Program-made: the position numbers and the translations under genes | Notes under the pieces: model-generated | Seen by the model: the letters and a program-made list of their open reading frames with translations, nothing else | Databases searched by the model: none | Told to the model about the DNA's origin: nothing | Source of the DNA: Gemmatimonadales bacterium | Lineage (GTDB): Bacteria; Gemmatimonadota; Gemmatimonadetes; Gemmatimonadales; GWC2-71-9 | Assembly: GCA_041613315.1 (NCBI GenBank) | Contig: JBFJHJ010000047.1 | Location: 1 to 14,471, forward strand | DNA: 14,471 bases | Direction: 5' to 3' | Shown here: piece after piece, positions 10,025 to 14,471 of the stretch | Layout of the letters: every line of letters starts with the position of its first letter | Position numbering within the stretch: the first letter of the stretch is position 1

Positions 10025-10741
10025 ATGTACCAACTTCTCCTGGCCACGATGCTGGCGACGGGCGTCCAAAACGCTGACACGAGCTACCTGTTTCGCGCCA
10101 GTCTGCTGCGTGCGGCCCCCGGCCGCCTCCTCGAAGTCCTCGAGCTCTATCGCGAGCGCGCCACCGTCTTCGACTCCGCCGGGGACGCCCGCCCGTTCCT
10201 CATGCGGCACCGGCAGGGGGACCAGTGGGATCTTCTCGTGCTCACCCCGATGGTCTCGTTTGCCGCCTTCTACGCCTCCGAACGAACGGCGCGCCGCGCG
10301 CGCTCCGGCATGGCCCACTTCGAGCGACAGGTCGCCGAACGACTCGCGTGGCGATCAGACGTGTTCGTGTTGGGGCCGCCCGTCGAGACCGTGCGAACGG
10401 CGCTGGACGGGGGCGCCCTGTACCACGTGGAGATGTTCATCGCGCTCCCGGGGCTGCGCGAGGCGCTCGTCCGGGAGCGCGAGATGGAGAATGCCTACCT
10501 CGACGCGGTGGGGCGTCCCCTGAACCTCATTTTCACCCGCGTCGCCGGCGCCCAGTGGGACCTCTTCACCGTGGGGGTGTATCGCGACCTGCGGCACTTC
10601 GCGGAAAGCGAGACCATCCCCGCCGCGGACGAAGACCGGGCCGCCCGCGCCGCCGGCTTCGACAGCGCGAGCGGGATCGGCCTCTACCTCCGGACCCTGA
10701 TCCAGGAGCATCATGACACCTTGGCGGGCGCCGTGCGATGA
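10025..10741 (+). CDS. Hypothetical exported protein with two tandem NIPSNAP/dimeric alpha-beta barrel-like repeats
   Basis: ATG at 10025 with GAGG at 10015-10018; signal-like MYQLLLATMLATGVQNA. The two halves share A(A/L)PG...G(D/A)QWDL. Fold assignment is inference. Confidence 0.72.
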   Translation: MYQLLLATMLATGVQNADTSYLFRASLLRAAPGRLLEVLELYRERATVFDSAGDARPFLMRHRQGDQWDLLVLTPMVSFAAFYASERTARRARSGMAHFERQVAERLAWRSDVFVLGPPVETVRTALDGGALYHVEMFIALPGLREALVREREMENAYLDAVGRPLNLIFTRVAGAQWDLFTVGVYRDLRHFAESETIPAADEDRAARAAGFDSASGIGLYLRTLIQEHHDTLAGAVR

Positions 10742-10753
10742 ACGCCGCGCAGG

Positions 10754-12328
10754 TCAGCGACCCGCCTCGGGCGACGTCCGGGCGCCGTCGCGGCAGGATG
10801 GCCAGCTGAGCGGCTCGCCGGTCCGCTCGCCGGTCGGCATGATGCGCTGCGTCCGCGGGACCCGGTCCGGGTCCTCGGCCGCGAGGTAGGTGAGCATCGC
10901 GGTCAGCACCGCGTTGTTTCTCACCTCGTCGAACACGAGCTTGTCGAAGGTGTCCCGGTTCGTATGCCACGTGTACGTGCCGTAGTCCCAGCTCAGGGAG
11001 CGCAGCGAAAAGGCCGGCGCGCCGGCGCAGATGAAGGAGGCGTAGTCGCTCCCGCCGCGGCCCGGGAGGCCCGGGATCTCCAGCGTGATGTGCTCGGTAA
11101 TCTCCGGCGGGATCGCGGCGAGCCACCGGCCGAAATGTGCGCCCGCGCCGACGAGGCCCTGCATCGAGATCGTCGTGACGCGGCCGGTGCCGTTGTCCTG
11201 GTTGAACAGTGCCTGGAGCCCCGCAACCACCTCGGGGTGTTCGGCGGCAAAGCGCCGCGAGCCGTTGAGGCCCTGCTCCTCGCCGCTCCAATGGCCGACC
11301 ATGATCGTGCGCTTCGGGTTGGGATACGCGGCCTTGAGAATCCGCATGGCCTCGAGCATCGTCACCGTGCCGGTCCCGTTGTCCGTGGCGCCCGACCCGC
11401 CGTCCCACGAATCGAAGTGCGCCGACAGCAGGATGTACTCGTCGGGCCGCACCGTCCCGCGCATCATGCCGATCGTGTTGAACACCGGAACTTCGCCCAG
11501 AAACTCCGCTTGCGCCTCGACGCGAACCACGGGTCCCTGACCCCGCGCCGCCAGCCGGAAGACGAGTCCGTAGTCCTCGCAGCTCAGGTCGAGCGTCGGC
11601 ACCCGCTCCGTGTTGGCGGAGAAGATCTTGTTGACGCCCCAGCCGCGGGACCAGCGGGAGGTGAGCACGCCACGCGCGCCGGCCCGCTCGAGCGCCGGGG
11701 CGAGCTCCCGCAGTCCGAGTCCGGACCGCCGAAGCCGCGCATCCCAGGCGGCCCGGGCGCTGTCGCGTTCCGCCTCCATCCGCGCGAACGACGCCGGAGT
11801 CGCCCACGGCTGCCAATGGTCGTCGGGCCGACAGGTCGGCTCCGGGAACGACGCGAGCACGAACTTGCCGCGGACCGCGGGCAACCACGCCGCGAACGCC
11901 GCCGAGTCAGCCACATCGCCGAGCACCACCACTTCGGCCTCGACCCGGCCCCGCGTCCCCGGGCTCCACGCGAGCATCGTGGCCTCCAACGTTCGCACGC
12001 GCGGACGCACGAGATCCACGTGGGTGATCCCCCGTCGCCACCCGCGCCACGTGCCGTACTGCTCGTTGCGCGCCTCGATCCCCCAGCTGCGGTACGTGGC
12101 GGCCACCCACTCGTTGGCCGCCCGCTGGCCCGGCGATCCCGTGAGGCGCGGCCCGATGGAGTCGAGGAGGGCCTGGGCCAGTGGATACAGCTGAGAGTGC
12201 TCCATGCCCTCGCGCCAGATCTCGCGGATGACGGGGTCGTCGGTGGGGAACGCTTGGGCCAAGAGCGGCCCCGTTGGAGCGACGATGCCCAGGAGCATGA
12301 GCCAGACGGCAGGAGCAGAGCGAGACAT
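10754..12328 (-). CDS. Secreted M28 family metallopeptidase (carboxypeptidase Q / aminopeptidase-like, PA-type insert)
   Basis: Signal peptide (…LLAQA), IGPRLTGSP, SAHFDSWD, GATDNGTG, GEEQGLNGS, NQD, GSDYASF, WHTNRDT. Confidence 0.93.
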   Translation of the reverse strand: MSRSAPAVWLMLLGIVAPTGPLLAQAFPTDDPVIREIWREGMEHSQLYPLAQALLDSIGPRLTGSPGQRAANEWVAATYRSWGIEARNEQYGTWRGWRRGITHVDLVRPRVRTLEATMLAWSPGTRGRVEAEVVVLGDVADSAAFAAWLPAVRGKFVLASFPEPTCRPDDHWQPWATPASFARMEAERDSARAAWDARLRRSGLGLRELAPALERAGARGVLTSRWSRGWGVNKIFSANTERVPTLDLSCEDYGLVFRLAARGQGPVVRVEAQAEFLGEVPVFNTIGMMRGTVRPDEYILLSAHFDSWDGGSGATDNGTGTVTMLEAMRILKAAYPNPKRTIMVGHWSGEEQGLNGSRRFAAEHPEVVAGLQALFNQDNGTGRVTTISMQGLVGAGAHFGRWLAAIPPEITEHITLEIPGLPGRGGSDYASFICAGAPAFSLRSLSWDYGTYTWHTNRDTFDKLVFDEVRNNAVLTAMLTYLAAEDPDRVPRTQRIMPTGERTGEPLSWPSCRDGARTSPEAGR

Positions 12329-12333
12329 GCACG

Positions 12334-12342
12334 TCCTCCTTT
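12334..12342 (-). promoter_or_regulatory. Strong Shine-Dalgarno for the M28 peptidase
   Basis: AAAGGAGGA on the minus strand, 5 nt before ATG 12328. Confidence 0.8.
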
Positions 12343-12387
12343 CACATACGTGGCACGGCGGGCCGGGGGTACGGAGGCGCCCCGCCG

Positions 12388-12395
12388 ACTATAAT
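12388..12395. promoter_or_regulatory. Overlapping divergent -10 boxes (hslR / M28 peptidase)
   Basis: TATAAT on + (12390-12395) and TATAGT on - (12393-12388) in the AT-rich patch of this intergenic region. No clear -35 boxes. Confidence 0.5.
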
Positions 12396-12481
12396 TGGGT
12401 ATACGGAATGGTACGCGGTGGCGCGGTGCGGCGCAGGAGACAACCGGGTGGCGCCCCGACGGCCGTTATGGAAGAGACCGG

Positions 12482-12880
12482 ATGACGGATCCGCCGTCGG
12501 ATCACAAGCTGCGGCTCGACCGGTGGCTGTGGGCCGCGCGCTTCTACCGAACGCGCGCCCTCGCGGCCGTCGCCATCGATGGGGGCAAGATCCAGCTCAA
12601 CGGCGCGCGAGCGAAACGATCGCGGATGGTAACGGCCGGGGACATCCTCCGAATCCGTAAGCCGCCGTATGAGCACACCGTGGTCGTGCGGGGCCTCTCG
12701 GAGCGGCGAGGGCCACCGGCCGAGGCGCAGGTACTCTACGAAGAGACCGCCGACAGCCGGGCCGCGCGGGAACGGCTCCGAGCGCAGCTCCGGGTGCAAC
12801 CGAACGCCACGTACGAGGGGAAGGGCCGCCCCACGAAGAAAGACCGCCGCGAGCTCGAGCGGTTCAAGCGCGGCGGTTGA
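12482..12880 (+). CDS. hslR: Ribosome-associated heat shock protein Hsp15 (S4 domain)
   Basis: RLDRWLWAARFYRTRALA...GGKIQLNG...GD.L...RGPPAEAQVLYEET...GRPTKKDRRELERF. ATG 12482 preferred over 12395. Confidence 0.93.
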   Translation: MTDPPSDHKLRLDRWLWAARFYRTRALAAVAIDGGKIQLNGARAKRSRMVTAGDILRIRKPPYEHTVVVRGLSERRGPPAEAQVLYEETADSRAARERLRAQLRVQPNATYEGKGRPTKKDRRELERFKRGG

Positions 12881-12956
12881 CGGCGGAGGCGCGAGGGTTG
12901 CGCTCCGCGCCGGCAGCTGGCCTGCCGTCCCGACACCCCGCTTGGTGGATTCCCGT

Positions 12957-12974
12957 GTGACACTGCAGCGTCAC
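12957..12974. promoter_or_regulatory. 18-bp near-perfect palindrome (candidate operator)
   Basis: GTGAC-A-CTGCAG-C-GTCAC, with one mismatched pair, 8 nt upstream of SD GGAGG (12983-12987). Confidence 0.35.
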
Positions 12975-12991
12975 CCAGGTCTGGAGGCTGG

Positions 12992-13774
12992 ATGACCGAC
13001 CGCATTTGGGAGCAAGAGCTCGGCACCGGTCCGTTAGTGGCCGTGGCGATACACGACGGCCACGCGATGCGCGATGAGGTCGCACGCCTGCTGGCCCTCG
13101 CGGACGGCGACCGGCGCCGAGAGGAGGACCCGCATACGGGAGCATGGACAGCGGTGGCGCCGACGCGGGTCGTCGTACGGCGGTCGCGATTCGAGGTGGA
13201 CCTCAATCGCCCCCGGGAGCGCGCGGTCTACCGGACGCCCGATGACGCGTGGGGCCTCCAGGTCTGGGGACGGCCGCTGCCGGAGCCCCTCGTGTCTCGC
13301 TCCCTCGACGAATACGATGCATTCTACGCCGCGATGCATGCGCTCTTGGCGGACGTTGCGCGGCGCCACGGTCGGTTTGTCGTGTTCGATCTCCACAGCT
13401 ACACTCACCGGCGGGCGGGGCCCGACGGGGCGGCCGCACCCGAACAAGAAAATCCGCAGGTGAACATTGGCACGGGAACCATGGACCGGGAGCGCTGGGC
13501 GCCGCTCGTCGATCGCTTCATTGCCGATTTGTCGGCCTACCCGTTCCCGGGTGGCCAGCTCGACGTTCGGGAGAACGTGAAGTTCCGTGGCGGCCACTTC
13601 TCGCGGTGGGTCCACCAGACCTTCACCGACTCAGGCTGCGTGCTGGCGATTGAGTTCAAGAAGTTCTTCATGGACGAGTGGACGGGCGAGCCGCACCCCG
13701 CCGTGATCGACGGTATCGGCCGTGCGCTGCGGAGCACGGTGCCCGGCGTGCTCGAGGAGCTGGCCGCTCGGTGA
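12992..13774 (+). CDS. N-formylglutamate amidohydrolase (FGase) family protein
   Basis: AIHDGH, REEDPHT, SRFEVDLNR, YDAFY, FDLHSY, VNIGTG, ENVKFRGG, AIEFKK. SD GGAGG. Confidence 0.9.
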   Translation: MTDRIWEQELGTGPLVAVAIHDGHAMRDEVARLLALADGDRRREEDPHTGAWTAVAPTRVVVRRSRFEVDLNRPRERAVYRTPDDAWGLQVWGRPLPEPLVSRSLDEYDAFYAAMHALLADVARRHGRFVVFDLHSYTHRRAGPDGAAAPEQENPQVNIGTGTMDRERWAPLVDRFIADLSAYPFPGGQLDVRENVKFRGGHFSRWVHQTFTDSGCVLAIEFKKFFMDEWTGEPHPAVIDGIGRALRSTVPGVLEELAAR

Positions 13775-14471
13775 ACAAGGACGCCAGCGTGAAGCGGCGA
13801 GCGATCAGCGATCGTTTCATCCGCCTGATCCTGGGGCGGCTGGAGAACGCTAAACAGGTCCGGCGAACGCTCCCGGGGCAGGGACGGCTGCACATTGACC
13901 GCCCCCTACCGTTCCTCTGCGTGTACCGCCGACCGCCCCGCCGCGCTGACGTCGGCACCGACCGCCTCGTGACCTCCGAGGCATCGTATCTGATCGCGCC
14001 GGGCGAAGCACGAGCACGCAGCGCCGTGGCCTCGCTCGTTCACGAGGTGGCCAGAACCCTCGGCACCCAGTTCGGGGCGTTCTTGGTACTCGAGGTGTGG
14101 TCGAGCGCGGAGGAGACACCGAACCACCTTGAGGACCTCACGCCCCGATTTCGCGTGTTTACGCGCAAGGGCGACGACCCCGGCTCGGTCGCCGACACGC
14201 TCGAGGAGGCGCTGAGCCGGGTCAAGCTTCGCAGACGGGCGGCCGAAGTGGAGCTGGTCCAAGCGGCCCGCGTCTCACCCGACCGGTGCGACCCACTGCT
14301 TTCGGCGCAGGCGGCAAAGAAGCTCCGCTGCAGCGTGCTCGGCTTGGAAGTGCGCCCCGTCTATCGCGACCCAGCCAATGGGACACCCTACCCTATCGTG
14401 CTCCGCGAGATCCGCCGCGGACTGAGCCGGGCCCTCAAGCGCACGTTCTACGAGTTCACCCGGACCCGAAC
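13771..14471 (+). CDS. Partial CDS, N-terminal region resembling long DUF1704 / QEGLA-motif (MATCAP-like Tyr/Phe carboxypeptidase) proteins
   Basis: GTG start overlaps the FGase TGA (GTGA); GAGGAG at 13754-13759; open to the window end. Translation: MNKDASVKRRAISDRFIRLILGRLENAKQVRRTLPGQGRLHIDRPLPFLCVYRRPP...GTDRLVTSEASYL...FGAFLVLEVW...LGLEVRPVYRDP...YPIVLREIRRGLSRALKRTFYEFTRT. Family call is from recall of this N-terminus and gene context; the catalytic domain is not in the window. Confidence 0.72.
   Translation, partial: MNKDASVKRRAISDRFIRLILGRLENAKQVRRTLPGQGRLHIDRPLPFLCVYRRPPRRADVGTDRLVTSEASYLIAPGEARARSAVASLVHEVARTLGTQFGAFLVLEVWSSAEETPNHLEDLTPRFRVFTRKGDDPGSVADTLEEALSRVKLRRRAAEVELVQAARVSPDRCDPLLSAQAAKKLRCSVLGLEVRPVYRDPANGTPYPIVLREIRRGLSRALKRTFYEFTRTR

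Noticed and set aside
9465..10523. 352-aa plus-strand ORF
   Set aside because: Antisense to the ATP-grasp gene, then off-frame over the 10025 gene; no motifs.
10742..10753. Terminator between the convergent 10025 gene and M28 peptidase
   Set aside because: Only a 12-nt gap, with no hairpin plus U-tract.
10566..12394. 440-aa (-) and 476-aa (+) ORFs
   Set aside because: Alternative-frame and antisense shadows of the M28 peptidase.
12956..12975. CRP site (TGTGA...TCAC)
   Set aside because: Half-site spacing is 10 nt rather than 6.
12992..13774. Assigning the symbol hutG
   Set aside because: No hut genes in the window and motifs diverge, so only a family-level call is supported.

Overview
High-GC (about 70% by eye), gene-dense bacterial chromosomal segment. 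The protein styles suggest Gemmatimonadota or a similar lineage (inference only). Order: partial ornithine cyclodeaminase/mu-crystallin gene (-; absent from the ORF track), small putative lipoprotein (-), secreted amidohydrolase (+), Zn-dependent MDR dehydrogenase and NRAMP-like permease (-; coupled), sdhB-sdhA-sdhC (-; i.e. sdhCAB), DcsG/RimK-like ATP-grasp ligase (-), secreted two-repeat alpha/beta-barrel-like protein (+), secreted M28 peptidase (-), hslR (+), N-formylglutamate amidohydrolase-family gene (+), and a coupled partial ORF (+; absent from the ORF track) resembling the N-terminus of long DUF1704/QEGLA (MATCAP-like) carboxypeptidases. No rRNA, tRNA, CRISPR array or mobile element was recognised. 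Best leads: (1) the FGase-like plus MATCAP-like operon at the right edge, a possible peptide-tag removal system; (2) a bipartite motif, CGTCTTGCGG-N16/17-GGA(A/C)CTTCTCCC, shared by two unlinked upstream regions; (3) a non-canonical NRAMP plus GHV-variant MDR gene pair. All family calls come from motif recognition by eye, not from database searches.
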